Below are positions 1 through 13,666 of a stretch of DNA of 64,000 bases, piece by piece. This stretch comes from Patellaria atrata CBS 101060 (lineage: Eukaryota): the NCBI GenBank assembly GCA_010093705.1, contig MU006113.1, positions 119,165 through 183,164 on the forward strand. Reading direction: 5' to 3'. The position numbers and the translations under genes were made by a program. How positions within the stretch are numbered: the first letter of the stretch is position 1; every line of letters starts with the position of its first letter. The notes beneath the pieces are model-generated. The model worked only from the letters and a program-made list of their open reading frames with translations. It did no database searches and had not been told where the DNA came from.

Positions 1-2034
1 TCAACCTCCCAATCTCCCTCACCAACCCCTTCTGAAACCCCCTCAGATCGGCCTCCTTCACCCGCGTCATCTTCACCGTCTCCTTCGCGCCGAAAACCCT
101 ATCCACGACGCCGACGGCAACCTTAAACAACTCCCTCACCTCCTCCCTTCTCGTCCGCTCCCTCTTCCTCCTCTCGAGCGCCCTTTCCGGATCCAGATCC
201 ATTTGCTCCTTTTTCCCGACCGAGGCGCGACCTAGCCTCCCGCCTTCCGTGCCCAGCTTGCCGATATCGCGTCTACATTGCTCGAGCGTGCGCAGCCAGA
301 CGTTCGGATCGGAAGACGTGCCCAGGAGCTCGAGATAGAGTCTCAAAGAGCCCGGATCCGGGTGCGGCATGAGCTGGTTGGCCAGCTCCATGATCTCGCC
401 CGCGTTAGCGATGGCGTTGGGGTTGTTCTTGTCGCGGACGCACGTGCTCATCGCGATCCTAAGCATCTTCGGATAGAGCGGAAGACCCCTCTTCACGACG
501 TCTTCTTTGAGGAGTTCGACCACTTGACCCGAGGAGCGCGAGAAGCGGAGCAGACGCATGTACATTGTCAGATTGTCGAGGTCCGGGGCGACGTCGAAGT
601 CTTTCGTGAGGAGATCCCAGTATTGTTTTGCTGTTTTCTTGCTTACGGTTTTGAGGCAGGCTTCCAGGACCATGGAGAGGGTGTTGGAGGTCGGTTTGGC
701 GTAGGCGAGGGAGCGATGTTTCCTCGCCGGTTTCGTCGGATCTGTAGAGCTGGAATTGGTTGTATCTATGGCGATGAATTCGTCACCCCGACGTGGGGCG
801 TCTGGATCTTCGTTGGCGTCCTCGAGCTTCATTTGTTCGGGCGTGTTGGGGGCACGGATGGTCGGCGCACTGGAATTCGCACGTTCCGGAGTGTCCAGGC
901 GGGGGACTTGTCGAGGGATATTCATCGTTTGCTCAACGAGGGAAAGGACATCATCCCAGTCCCTAGGTCGAATCCCAACAAGTAGAAGACGGCCCATAGC
1001 CGCAACAAGGGGTTCATCGACAATGAGATCACCTTTCTTCCACCTGCTCACAATGTCATCCCATATTCGACGACCATCTATTACCGCCGTATCTTTCTGC
1101 CGTGCGATTTCCTCAATTCCCATGTCCGAAGTCTGAGTCATGAGGACCTGTTGACGCAGGGCGTTGAGGATGGTGGTATATGTCATGTTATCTGCAGAGC
1201 CTGGACCACGCTCTGGTAACTTTGCAATTATGCCCCATAGCGCATCCATATTGTTCGCTCTTGCACATACCTTGAGGACCGCATTGGCATGTATTATGGC
1301 AGGTTTGGTGTGGGAGTTTGCGGCTCCCATAGAGTGGAAGAGAGAAAGCGCTTTGCCCAGAGCGTCTGCGTGGTGTGCATGATCCGCTAGACCGCGAAAG
1401 AGAATAACGAAGGTGTGAGAATCAGGCATCTGGCCTCTTTTCTTCATCTGAAAGGTATACCGTCAGCATTTTCTCTGCCTCTAGTTATTGCGTAGATGGA
1501 GTAACAAACCTCATTATACGTCTTAAACGCTCCCTTGATCCTCCCCTGACTCATCTGATAATCCATCAAATGGTTCCAGCTGACAATACACCCACCCTGC
1601 TTATTCGCCATATGTACCAGTGCAATTGCCTTAGCCTCGTCTCCAGCCTTCAGCGTCTTCCTCACATGTTCCGCAAGCGCCAACGGATCAGGTAGATACC
1701 TGAGCTCCATCATGGCGCGTCTCTCGGTCATGCTCGGCTTCGGTGCCATATCCCTTGGATCTTGTGTCACATTTGCCTTTATGACAGCCTTTTGTTTCCT
1801 CCTTTCCGGCGATTTTTCCCATCGTGAGGCACCACTCTTCCCCTTTGCTTCATCCTGAAAAGCCGTCTCTTTCCTATAGATCGGGGCATCATCGGCGTCG
1901 ATATCTAGATAAGTTCGTCGAGTCGTATGCGGGCCTAGAATAGCTGGACTGTGTCGAAAATGGAGGGTTGGCAGGCATTGGTACTGCGTACCAGCACGAA
2001 TGCATCGCGACAAACATGCCCTACGCCCAAGCAT
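1..2034 (-). CDS. Pentatricopeptide-repeat (PPR) protein, probably mitochondrial; 3' end runs off the window
   Basis: ATG at 2034 opens an Arg-rich N-terminus resembling a targeting peptide (MLGRRACLSRCIRAG). Intron 1509-1448 (GTTTGT...GCTGAC...CAG) joins VSWNHLMDYQMSQGRIKGAFKTYNE to MKKRGQMPDSHTFVILFRGLA, a typical PPR motif. The frame is still open at the window edge. Confidence 0.8.
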
Positions 2035-5000
2035 AGATGAAAACGTTGATTCATCGATGTGTTGCGTTGCGTTGGGCGAAAAGGGAGAATCTTCCGTCTT
2101 CACGTCTATCTACGGGTAGGGTCGCAGAAACTCTTTTTTTTTTTTTTTGGGACCCGGAACGTGATCACGTGATGGACTTGGGATATCAAAGCCGTGTAAG
2201 CCCATCATGGCTGGAACATGACTGAGATACAGATAAATAAAATCAAATGCAATTCAAACAACACCCTCTCAGGCACCATACCCGTATGAACCACCCACAA
2301 TCAGTCTCTCCTCGCATGCTTCCTATCCCTCCTCATGCCAAAACTCTCCTCCATCCCACCTATCAAAACCCATCCCAATCATCAAAACCAAACCAAACCC
2401 AAGCTCCCACTAAGCCCCAACCTAACTAACAAAAAGCCCCGGCAGCCGGGCGTATTCCTTCGGTCGGTCTCGCAACCCGGCTCAAACCTAATCTCCCGCT
2501 AAAGTGACGTCTTTAGCTGAAGAGCTAGGGGGGAACCGTTTCTGCGGGCTGGTGCGGCTTAGTTCATTTATTGCGCCGGGCAAGGTAGCGATTTTGGTGT
2601 TGGTTTTCGGACCGGCTCAACTAGTTTGACGGAGGCGGGAGCGGCTGGCGGTGGGGGGGAAAGAGAGGGAGGGTTGGAGGGCGGAATTGTGGGCGGGAGA
2701 AGGGGGGTGGGAATTCGGAAAGGGTAACTTCACGTTTTTATTCTTTGTATGATTGCTCGTTCTAGGCTATTTAGATAGGATGCGAATAAGTATAGTACTG
2801 TAAGGTATTTACTCTTTGTAATAAAGACCAGTACTATTTCCCCTTCTGTTTTCGCTCTTGTATACTGCATCGTCGCCCTCATAATATCCATCCATCTCCA
2901 AATCACACGACGCAAAGATCCCCATCCCATCACACCGCCTCTTGGCCAAAGAAATTAAATAAATAGAAAAAAAAAAAAAAAAAAAAACAACCCCACCAAG
3001 TACCTACTTCCATCGTATCACCCGCAAACCCACCGTCGACCAAAGATGCGAAAGAAAAATTCCCCACATCACCTCGGCATCCCGACCTTCCCCCCTCTCA
3101 CCTCCGTACATCCCTCCCCATGAACAAAAGGTAGGTAACTCAAACCCAAAAACGTTCGGAACAAAAAGCCAAGAAAAAAAAGCCAACCCAACCGTTACGT
3201 TCCACCATCGGTCCCAAGCGTGGCGAAAAAAGATCGACTTGACGCTCTAGTTACACGACATCTGGTCCCCGTTACCTTACCCACCTAGCGAGTCGATCTC
3301 TCTCATCTTCCCCCGCCTCCCATATCCCCAAAACCCAGTTACTGCCCCCTCCAAAACCCCCCTCCCCTCCAATAATACAGTCGGTAAGAAATGGGGCCTA
3401 ATGTCGTAGAACCCGCCGCGGATGATCGAACCCCACTTTTTAGCTGTCGTGGTTACCTGCATCATGCGATATGGCGGGGACCGGGGTATCTCTCGGGAAA
3501 ATTTGATAAATTCAGCTGTTTGAGCAATATTGTTTGGCGCGAAGGCTGGAGGGAGGAAATCATGAGGTAGTTTTCACATGAATCTGATTCTTTCGAATCG
3601 TCGACAATAACACTTCCCTCCGTACGGCCTGCTGGAATTTTTTTTGGTGGAGCGCAAGGTTGTAGATTCCGAAGGGGGTAAAGGTACTCGGCCCCGCAAC
3701 TTTGCATGCCTCAGGTCTGAGAAAAGACGGAAAGTTTATTCTACACATTTGTGGCGAGTGTTCAGTGTAATCATGGTACAGTACCGGATTGTGGACTGAA
3801 ATCATGTAAAGCTGTTCCCGCTCGTAGTCTAACATCTGAAAGAAGGCTAAGGTGGGCCAATTTTGACAGACCGATCAATTGGTTTGGAAGCTTCGGATCA
3901 CCTTCAATAGTTTCAAACGGTTATACATATGACTGGAAACCGTAATCTGGTCGGAGCTCTTGGCTTGGGTCCTCAACCAAACTGTTCCAAATTGTCCAAA
4001 TCACCAATACGAAACTGTGGAGAATAGAGATACGAGAACGTGCTCACCCCTTTGTGTCAAAAAGTGAGGTTTTGATAGCATTCCGATCCGAGTTTACATA
4101 ATTATCCTTCATCTTTCGCTTGCGCGCTCGCCTCGATAGGATCGATTTACGAATCAGGGATTGCTAACCTCGATCTCGGACCGATAGATTAACAATATAT
4201 TGTCGCGTCATTCCCACATTCTGACAGTGAAGTATACCCATTAATTGAAATTCGGAAACGCCCTCAGACTCATCCATGTCTCCAAGGACCAACGTCTTTC
4301 GTTGAATATCTTCTGTAATGTACTGGGTATCCTCGTCACGTACGGATCCGGTTTCCACTTTGAAAGAAGTCGACCACATTTACCAAGGCCGCGGTGACTG
4401 GAGGAGACCAATGTCGATTACTCGATATCGGACTACCCTTTCGCAGATAGGAAAAAGATCCCAGGAAGAGTGTTTTAGGTGGAAGACAACCCTTCATGTG
4501 AAGGGAATGATGTGTACTCAAGGTGGAGAATTCGAGGGATTCTGTACTGTCGTGTAGTGTATTCATTCTTCTCCTCATTACGGTGTCCACATGATTGCCT
4601 CGGGTCCTCTTTTTCATTTTCATACGATCCATCGGTTATTCACAACATGTGCACATTCAGCTCCTCTTTTTTTTTTTTTTTTTTTCCAAAATCTGGTCGG
4701 TTCGGTTCGGAGTTTTGCCGTCTTGCTCAGCTTACCTCGTGCTCGTAAAAATTTCCACAATGATCTATTTCCGTGTGATCAATGATCGAGCATATAGAGT
4801 GCTAATGTGGAGACCTGCACTGGATGACTCGTGGTCTCTTGTGCTTGCGCCTTGCGATCCTTGTTTGATTCGTATCGGGTGTTGTGGTGTTTTTCGATCC
4901 GGAGAATGGAAAGAGGTCGTGAGAACTTTCACTAATCGCTTATCCCAGGCTAATTCTCTGTACCTGGATGAAGTAAGACGTGCTTGAATTCGTTAGCAAT

Positions 5001-6331
5001 ATTCTTCTGAAAATAAGCACTTATCATGGTATTTCAGATTTCGCTTTCGGAAGCTTGGAAGTCACACATCTGCAGTCCCGGTCGTCTAAATGTTAGCGTA
5101 ATTGCACCAAGTATGAGAGCCGAACGTAGAGGTTACTAACATCCGGAAAAAGGCGGTTGCAAAGTTAAGATCTCGGTCGGGGAACGGGCCGAAGGTCTCA
5201 CTTCTGGTGATAGAGATGCATAAACTGACGCCTCTACGGAGCGGGGCATGAAATATTGGTTGGCGGGGGCTCGAGCAGTCAAGGTTGTAACGAAGAACGG
5301 AGGTTGGAGATGGGGGGATATAGACGAATGGCGACGGAGTTGTTCCCCTCCAAGATGAGGACCCCGACCCAATCATGTCAACACAGCATCGTCAAGAGAA
5401 CTATGGATGCGCGAGCAAGAACAGGCATGCATAAACAGGTGTGATGCAAAGAAACTCTGCCACGTAGGCCGGTAACACGGTCCAGAGCAGCTGCCCAACG
5501 ACGACATAACGAAAGATCATTGTGTGCGCAGACGGCTATTCTGCTGCACCAATCCCGGAGCAATGCATCAAATGGGGCAAAATGTGACAGGTCTGATTCT
5601 GCAATGGACTCACTCCACGTATATGTGTGTATTTGTGACTGCTGGGGTAGGCAAAGCCGGAAAGATGACCTGCGTGCAAAAACTGGGAAAGGGGGACATT
5701 GTACGTGTTACTGGGGAAAACAATTTCAAGCAAAGTACTTGTACTATACAAAAAGGTTATGAAAGCGATTTCAAAACAGATGGCCACCATTATAGGAACC
5801 TAGATACGCATTGGGGAATGAAAGGAAAGGAGACGTATGGACGAACGCAGACGAACGAAATTGCAAATTGTTTCTCGACACCACAGGGTCCGATGCAGAA
5901 ACCAAAGGCTGCGAACGAAAGTAAAAAGACAGAAAAATCTTAACCATCATCTTTTCCCACCGAGAGAATGAAAAGGGGTTATCCTTTAAACTCCTGAATC
6001 GGCGCTTCGCCAGACATTGAGTGTCCTGTGGGACAAATATTGGGGAAGCTCAGTTATCCGCGACACGAAGGAGAGTGAAAGTAACCCTGAAGGAACATCA
6101 GGCCGTCACATCGTTCTTGTAATGCCCCAAACCCCCTAATCCACAACTCCCATTTGAATTTATAAATAACCGCCCCCTTTAAAATGCAAATCGAAGCAAA
6201 AATCCGCAACGCAACCCATGCTTCTTCCTAGAGAGGACCATGTCGAGTGAAATTATGGGAACGTTAGCCACGGAGTCGAGGAGACCAGAGGCACATGGGA
6301 TGTCTATTGCTGATATGCACTTGTATCCGCT

Positions 6332-7953
6332 TCAGCGCCTAGTAAACAGTCAGCTTTCCATTGAACAGTTTGAGGGTGAGTCGTGAGAGGTTAAACAATA
6401 CATCTGGTTGGGTTGCCCATATGGCGATGGGGGGTAACTGTTATTATTCCCACCGTTATACATCTGTCCCCCATTGGCATATTGAGCCATTCCTTCCAGC
6501 GCAGCTGGACTCTGATTACCATATTGAGGAGGTGGTTGTGTAGCACTCGCAGGTGCGTACCCTATGGGAGGTAATTGATGAGCAGGACCGGATATACCAG
6601 ATGGTGGAGGAACCTGGCCGCGTATCTGGCCGTGCGCATAAACTTGAGAGGTATCACCTCCATTCTCCGGACCGGGCCGCCCTTCTTGTTGACGTTGTCG
6701 TTCGTCCTCTGCTTTACGTTGAGCTTCCTCTTCCTTCTTCTTTGCTTTCCATTCTTTACGTATTTCTTTAAACTCTACACAATAATAAATTAGTATTAAG
6801 TTCGAATTTAGTGAGGCGGGTGCATAAACTAGCACGTCCAGGGTAGCCCTATATTAGTTCGCCACGCAGTCCCAAGACGATCCGTTCCGGTGGAACACCA
6901 TCAGGAGGTTCGTCGCAACGCCAACAAGGAATTGCCCATGTAAATAGTCGTTGGTACGGATATACTTTTATTAGAGTAAAGCTTACCTTCGGGCGTTCGT
7001 TTCACGCCATGAGACTGCATCGTGACATGCGCATTTAAATGATTCAAAGTCCCGTAAGCTTTTTCACACCCATTCCAACCGCACTTATACATTCTTTCAA
7101 TTTCTTCGTATCTCCGTCGCGGGCGCTTGTGCTGCTGCGCCCCGGGAATCGGGACGAAAGAATAAACAGTGGACAGTGGGTGTCCCCCCTAAAGAAAGAG
7201 TGTCAGTTGCACGGCTCCTTCGCATCAAAACATACTGACCGTTGGTGGACGTTGTACCGGAGAGACCATTGCCTGTCCTGGAGGCCCTGATGTTGCCGGG
7301 TGTCCATAATGACCGGGCATCGGGTGTTGCCCTGGTGGGTAGTGTCCACCGGCCCATTCGGGTCGCGGCGCGTACATTGGCGTCGTCGGATGCTGAGCGT
7401 AGTGCGACATATCGTGTTGTTGCGGGGGGTAGGGGGAGTATTGTTGGTGAGAAGGATAAGTCGGGCTCGCGGCTATCGATGGATCTATAGGAAGGTCGGG
7501 GTCAGATTTCACGTTGTGGGCGTTGTGTTTGTTGGCATGGCCATCATTCAAAGGCATAGACGGACTTGTAGCTTGCGCCATACCTCCCGCGCTTCCGCTC
7601 TGCTGGCTAGGAGTGTTGTATGAGCGAATGTAATCTGGGAATGAACCCGAACGCGCCGACGATGGATTGATGCCGTACTCTGACGTTGGAGTGGCGGACG
7701 ATGAGAAGTTCGAAGTTCGTGGATCTTGCCCTTGAGGGTATTGCGCAGCAGACGCTTGATCTGCAGATGGACCTTCAGACTGAGGCTCTGTGAGAGTTGG
7801 ATAGGGCGTATGCAAACCTGACTGCGGGAAATCCGTTGTCTGTCTACCGTCCATAGACTGTTTCGAGGCGTCTAGGTGTGCTGCAAGCTTTGCCTCTGGC
7901 GATTGGGGACTTTGAGATTCGACGGGAAGAGGTGTTGGATAGGCAGTTGACAT
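6332..7953 (-). CDS. CON7: CON7-family C2H2 zinc-finger transcription factor (multi-exon)
   Basis: The spliced product contains GGHPLSTVYSFVPIPGAQQHKRPRRRYEEIERMYKCGWNGCEKAYGTLNHLNAHVTMQSHG followed by the coiled coil EFKEIRKEWKAKKKEEE, the Con7 signature. Introns lie at about 7239-7189 and 6986-6774. A probable last intron at about 6401-6339 gives the stop at 6332; if retained, the stop is at 6350. Confidence 0.88.
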
Positions 7954-10900
7954 ATCACGGTAGCAGTGGACAGCCGCCTGCCGGAAACGATTCGTCGTAG
8001 CTCACGGCGAAAGGAGCTAGGGTGGAGTTGTAAGAGCGGACACGAACTACGCTTGAGGCCCAGGAATCCGGCGATTAGTTAATTGTTGTCTACCGCGATG
8101 GCGTGTGGCCCAACTGCGGATGATTTACAGACTGGTGTCTGCGAAAGCTTGAGACTAAGGTAAAAGGGATACCCAAGGTTCGGCAGAACCTGCGCGTCCG
8201 CCAGATAACGCACGGGACCAGTAAGTGTTACTGTTCCCAGCTCTTCGCTTGCCGTGCCCTTTGGATTACTACTCTGCTCGTACGTAGCGCGGGTTTGATC
8301 GATAATCTAAACTTTGTTGACTCGATCACTAGACCAGCACAGGTGCGACGCAAAAGTAGTACGGAATGATGGCAGAGAGGGATTCCGCGAGGGTTTAAGC
8401 GGATTAGCGTAAATTCGCGAAGAAGGTAGGTATTATTGAGAGTATTGACCACCGGGCTAGCGGCAGGATGGATTCAAGTTGGGATAGGGCAATCAAACAC
8501 CGTGTGGCGCCCTGGCCCTGAACAGTAGTGTGGCACCAAAGGTGCAGACAAATGCTTGCAGATGGGTGGGAGGCAAGAAATGCCACACACTAGAAACGCA
8601 AAGACTGGCGCTAGGTGCACCTGGGTTAAGACTCTCTCTTGAGGTAATACGGCCGAGCTTTTCTAGGTGATCGTCTTTACCGGCCGCCACTGATGAGATC
8701 TCTATCGAAGTTGGAGATTATTGTTCAATTACGGGGCACCGCTAAAAGATGGAGTACCACGATGTTGGTGTGGAACGAAAGAGCCGGACTCTGCCCTAAA
8801 GAAATATTCTGCTTTGGCGGGAGCGAGGAAAAGGAAAGGTGCGCGCGCTGTTCTAGAGAGTGGCAGGATAAAGCAGTCCGGTAGTGGATAACAGTGAAGT
8901 GTTATGACTTATGACTCTTGAACGGACTGAAACTCTCTAGGCTGGAAAGAAAGGTGTGTGACCTTCAAGAACCGCAAATCCACAGAATTCGAGCCTTGTA
9001 ACCTTTCGACTGGAATTTCGGCCCTTCGCGCGCGAGTTTTATAATAAATAATAATAGGCTCGCGTGTGAGTTTAGATTCGAATTATTATTATTTTTTTTT
9101 TTTGGAGAGGCAAAAGTCCGTTAGGTGGCTTTTAGATATTTTGAAAACAATCAGAAAATCTTTACTTCTCGTCTTCTCTTACTTGCTGGCTGCTGACAAA
9201 CGGAAACTGGGGTTAAACAGTGGTTCCTTTTCTCTAAACAATCCCACGGTTCTGCATATGATAATGCTTAGTGGAGGTATTATTCCCTGGGTGAGAAGTA
9301 ATTAGTGACGGGGTTAACTCCAACACACTTTCACCGAAACGTCTTAGAAGTCTGGGTTGGAAGAAGATCGGAATATCGGCTACCCAGGGCCCAAAAGGTC
9401 CAAAGGCTTTTTGAGAGAGTTTGATGACTGGACTGTATTCTTCTCAGAGAGAGAGAAGGATATTTTAGACTTGTTGATGTCAAGTCAAGTCAAGACTCAA
9501 GAGTCAGTGCAGCGGTTCCTTTACCCGCGTCCCAGGGCTCTTGCTTGCTTATGCGTTCAGGATACAAGAAAAGTTGTTTCAATGCGTGTAAATAGCGATG
9601 CGCAGAAGACTTGACGGGATCGTCCTTCGATTGTCTGCCTTGTGTTCTTCTCCTGCTAGAGTACGCAAGGTATCGAGCTTTTTCGAAGATTTTGGTTGTG
9701 CTTAAGCCAGGGTTGACTTTTCCTGGTCTGGATTGGCGGCGGGTAACACGTGTAGCACGCACACGCGTAAATAAACTGACGACTGGTGTGATTATAGTCT
9801 GAGACGAAATGATGGGAAGACAAGTTAAGTGCAGAACTGCAGATGGGTCGGTTGTAAGATTCGCGATGCGGGCGATGGGTGGTGCTAGAGACAAAGTTGG
9901 GATGGTGTGGCAATAATTGAGCCTTGGGAGCTTAAAGTGTTTTAAAAAAAAAAAAATAAAAAAAAAAAGAGATCCGGATCGATGAAATAATCATGGAATT
10001 GGCATTTTGGCAAGAGCTGGAAATGGAAGGGGGGAGGGGGGGATGAACGGATCAACTGGCAACTTGGACATGAGGAAAAGAACCCCAGGCGGCGTAAGGC
10101 CCCTTCTGTTTTAATTCCGAGGCTCACACACATAACACATTTCGGATCACGCTCTTTCCCTCTTTTTATCCTCTTCTTCCCACTTTTCACAAGAAACACA
10201 AGTATCATTTGTATCAGAAATGTACGGTGGTGAAGCCGGGCATTCCTCCCGATACAGGTAAATTTCGGGGCCCGGGCAACGGTAAGGTATTTGTACAGTT
10301 GTACAGTCACTTGATACCTGACACATATTCCTCCCGTCTGTGTTGCGGAGGCCTCCGAACCGTCACAAAAAGGCAAAAGGTTAAAAGGTACTCCGTACCT
10401 ACGTGAACATTTTTCAACCGTTCAACGGCGATACGATTTAGGTAGAGATCTGGTGAGATCATCAAAGCTCTACCCGGCTGATAAATGATGATGCAACTCT
10501 GACATTTCATGTGAGGATGGATTCCCTGTCAGCCAGTTGTGAGGTGTCTTTCAACACGGCCATTATTTCTCATTGTGTTTCCCAAATTACTGAGGTTGTA
10601 TTCAATAATGTTTCGACAGGACCTTTTTGTTTGTAATGTACTGTACCTTACGCCCCCCACTCCCCCGGCCCCACCCCCCCTCTCTCCCCCAAACCGCCCC
10701 CGGATCAATACCTTTTAAAAGTACTTCCAGGTTTTCCCTGTGCTGAGGCCAAAAATACGAAAGTTTTACCTCGAGTGTGGAGTCCTTGTCTCGCGTACTT
10801 CCCAATTCCATGTTGCGATGCTGCAACTCCTGCAGTGAATATCCTGTCGATGGGCTGCTAGTGAAGGCTTGTCTCACGAGCTTACGCTGTAACGGAAACG

Positions 10901-13108
10901 CTTTAACCGTAGCTGTGCAGGCGTCAAGGTTAACAAGTGGGAGAAGGAGCCATGGAGGCCATGAGGCTGAAATTTTTAGCTGCTGGGCTATTGTCGGGTC
11001 TGCTGGCCTGCTGCTCGGTCGCGCGTGAAAGACGATGCGACTAGGCATAAATCGGCTTGACGAGGGAACCATCGAAAATGGAGCTTACATGGGGCTACAG
11101 CTTACTAGTTAGGTCCTACGGTTATGTACATACAAGCCATCAAGCGACATTGTTACACAAACTGCTCATCTTGCATCTTGTACGAGCGGCGAGACGACAT
11201 TCACGACGACGCAATTCGACCCAGATACGCCGTACCATATGCATCGCCACAAAATGAAGAAACCCAACAAGTCCAACACAGTTGTAAGGCACTTGCGCTC
11301 GTATGCGGTACGATACAGTACGGATACAGTACACAGCTGATTGCACACACTCATTTCAAGGCCTGTCCGGATATGACGGAGGAGTTTTGTCGCAGATCAT
11401 CTGCTGATTCTGCTCGACCATTCATGAGGGGAACGGACGCGCGCAAAGCTCGGCAAAAGATCCAGATTCAAAGTATTGAAATTGCGGGAGTCTCACTGCA
11501 CATTTCACTGCAGCTCGCCAAATACTTCTACAAACCATCGCCGTAAGTGGGCGGGAAACGGGGAGATTGCTTGTCAAGGCTCAAGTGGAGGGCGGGATAC
11601 ACGCAGCAGCCCAGAATGTACATCTATCGGGCAGGTCGCAACTCGCAAGCCACCGACTTTTTCACTTTTCATCCAACATGGATAAGGCATGCCCGCTTTG
11701 TACAGGTAATATAAAAGAATATCTTGACAGTCGACACTCGGTAAGTTCACTTTACCATGGTCCATTCGAGGGAGGGATGTTGGCTCATCTTCTCCTCTCA
11801 CCACGAGATCTTGCTCTATCCGAGCTCCTTCACCGACTTCATGCACATGCATCTTCCGTTTCGATTGGTAGGCGGCACTGCAACAGAATATCTCGGTGCC
11901 CAGTATTACTCGGCAGCAATGATTCATTCTTTTTCACTTGTCATCCCAGCCTCTCAACAAGAAGGAAGAAATAATAATATCACCTGGCTCATCCGAGTAG
12001 TGACAATAAAGAGGTCCACCAGTAATATACATGCATCCCAACCTCGCGCTTCGCTACCTTTGGCAAAGAGGTTGGATGCATCTGAACCAATCATGTACAC
12101 GGGGAACGCGTCTTTGGTGATGGTGCCCCACTTTCAGCCATATAACAGAGATTTATCGTAGCCCTAGATTCGCTGTCTTGTTGCAACACCAGGCATACGC
12201 ATCGCTTTCAAATTCTTCACTCATCCTGGATAGCTGTAGAAATACTGAAGGTGTTTTTTTTTTTAAAAAAAAAAAAAAATTGGTTTGCTGCTCAACAACT
12301 GAGACAAAGCAAAGCTTTGAGAATTGATCGTACAATCCTGCCCAAGATCAGAGAGAAACAGGACTCAGGACACATTGGTTTCGGCAGATGCACTGAGAAC
12401 GGGTCCCAGAATACAGAAAGCGGGGATTGTTCGACTGTGACTATGGACATCTCCGCTGTTTCATCCGATTATTATTGACATGTTCGGACTCCAGAATCAC
12501 CTGAGGGTTCCTCTTCTTTTTCTCAATGTGGGACAGCAAGAAGCTGACATTGGCGATGCGGAACCTGAGGTTAAAATGGTGCTGTGGGGATAGGAAGAAC
12601 TTCCTTACATGGACCTGATATATTCCGCGGCCAGATCGGGAGGGTCATGGAGTCATATGCATGCATATGCTCCCTCTGGCCAGAAAATCGGCGGCGAATG
12701 AAACGTCTGGACGCATCAGCAATGGTGGTTGTCGCCCCGTGGCGTTTGTCTGCTGTATCCAAAGGACAGAAGAGCTCGAAGAGGTATTGAAATCTCGATG
12801 AACAGCACTGGATGGTTCACCATAATGGTTCATATGGTAGTGATGGGGGATGAGTCCTCGTTGCCACAGGAAGTTGCAATATTAATGCAAACGTAATCAG
12901 CCCAAGCGTCGTCTTACTGTCATCCAGTCTTGACATCTAATCAACCTCAAGGTATGAGGCCAAGCCTCCTTCCATTATCATCTTCCAGTACCTTCAATTG
13001 TTTCTCAGCTCTTTTAGTTCTATGTTATATCGCGTACTGTGAAATGTGACAAATTCTGCATCTAGGAAATCTTTCCTTGGTCCACGAAATGCTTTAAGGT
13101 AGCACCCC

Positions 13109-13666
13109 TCACCCCTCTTTTCTCCTCCCCTCCGCGTAATCCTCATCACGGTACTCTGCATGAACTAACGAACATGTGATTGGTGTACCCAATTTCGTAA
13201 GTGATCTGACTCGTTTACGAATTGAAAGATGACGGATGTGGTATGTCTTGTCGTCCTCGTCAGTGCTACCATCGAGGCTGTTATTGGTCGATATGGCCAG
13301 GTGCGCGTTCCCGTACAGCATATCCGTTGAGAGCTCACAGTCGAGCGAATAATGCAGTCGAAGACGAGGTTCATGGATGATGGATCGAAAAGAGGAGAGG
13401 GTCGAGGAGGAGAAGCAAGATGGGTCATCGGAGCCGAAGATGATTCGACTGAGTGAAACAAGGTGCATTAAAAACGCCTTGGCTGATCGGCAGGCGTTAC
13501 TGAGGGCGCTTCCAGGCCATAAGATGCTCTTCTGCTCGACTTCAGCGATGAAAGTTGAAGATGTTCGTTGAACTGTCGTGGTGATAAGCTCTGGAGATCT
13601 ACCATAAGGCTGGATTATAGCGCGCAAATGCGCAATTAGTCTGCTTTTTCGAAGCCTCCTTGCCAT
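13109..13666 (-). CDS. Uncharacterised ORF (185 aa from ATG 13666); orphan, decaying gene or chance ORF
   Basis: Longest ORF in the CON7-DBP2 intergenic region, with no recognisable motif. A possible downstream exon near 13065-12900 contains stops. Confidence 0.2.
   Translation of the reverse strand: MARRLRKSRLIAHLRAIIQPYGRSPELITTTVQRTSSTFIAEVEQKSILWPGSALSNACRSAKAFLMHLVSLSRIIFGSDDPSCFSSSTLSSFRSIIHEPRLRLHYSLDCELSTDMLYGNAHLAISTNNSLDGSTDEDDKTYHIRHLSIRKRVRSLTKLGTPITCSLVHAEYRDEDYAEGRRKEG

Noticed and set aside
278..985. 235-aa + strand ORF
   Set aside because: Antisense shadow of exon 2 of the PPR gene, with no motif of its own.
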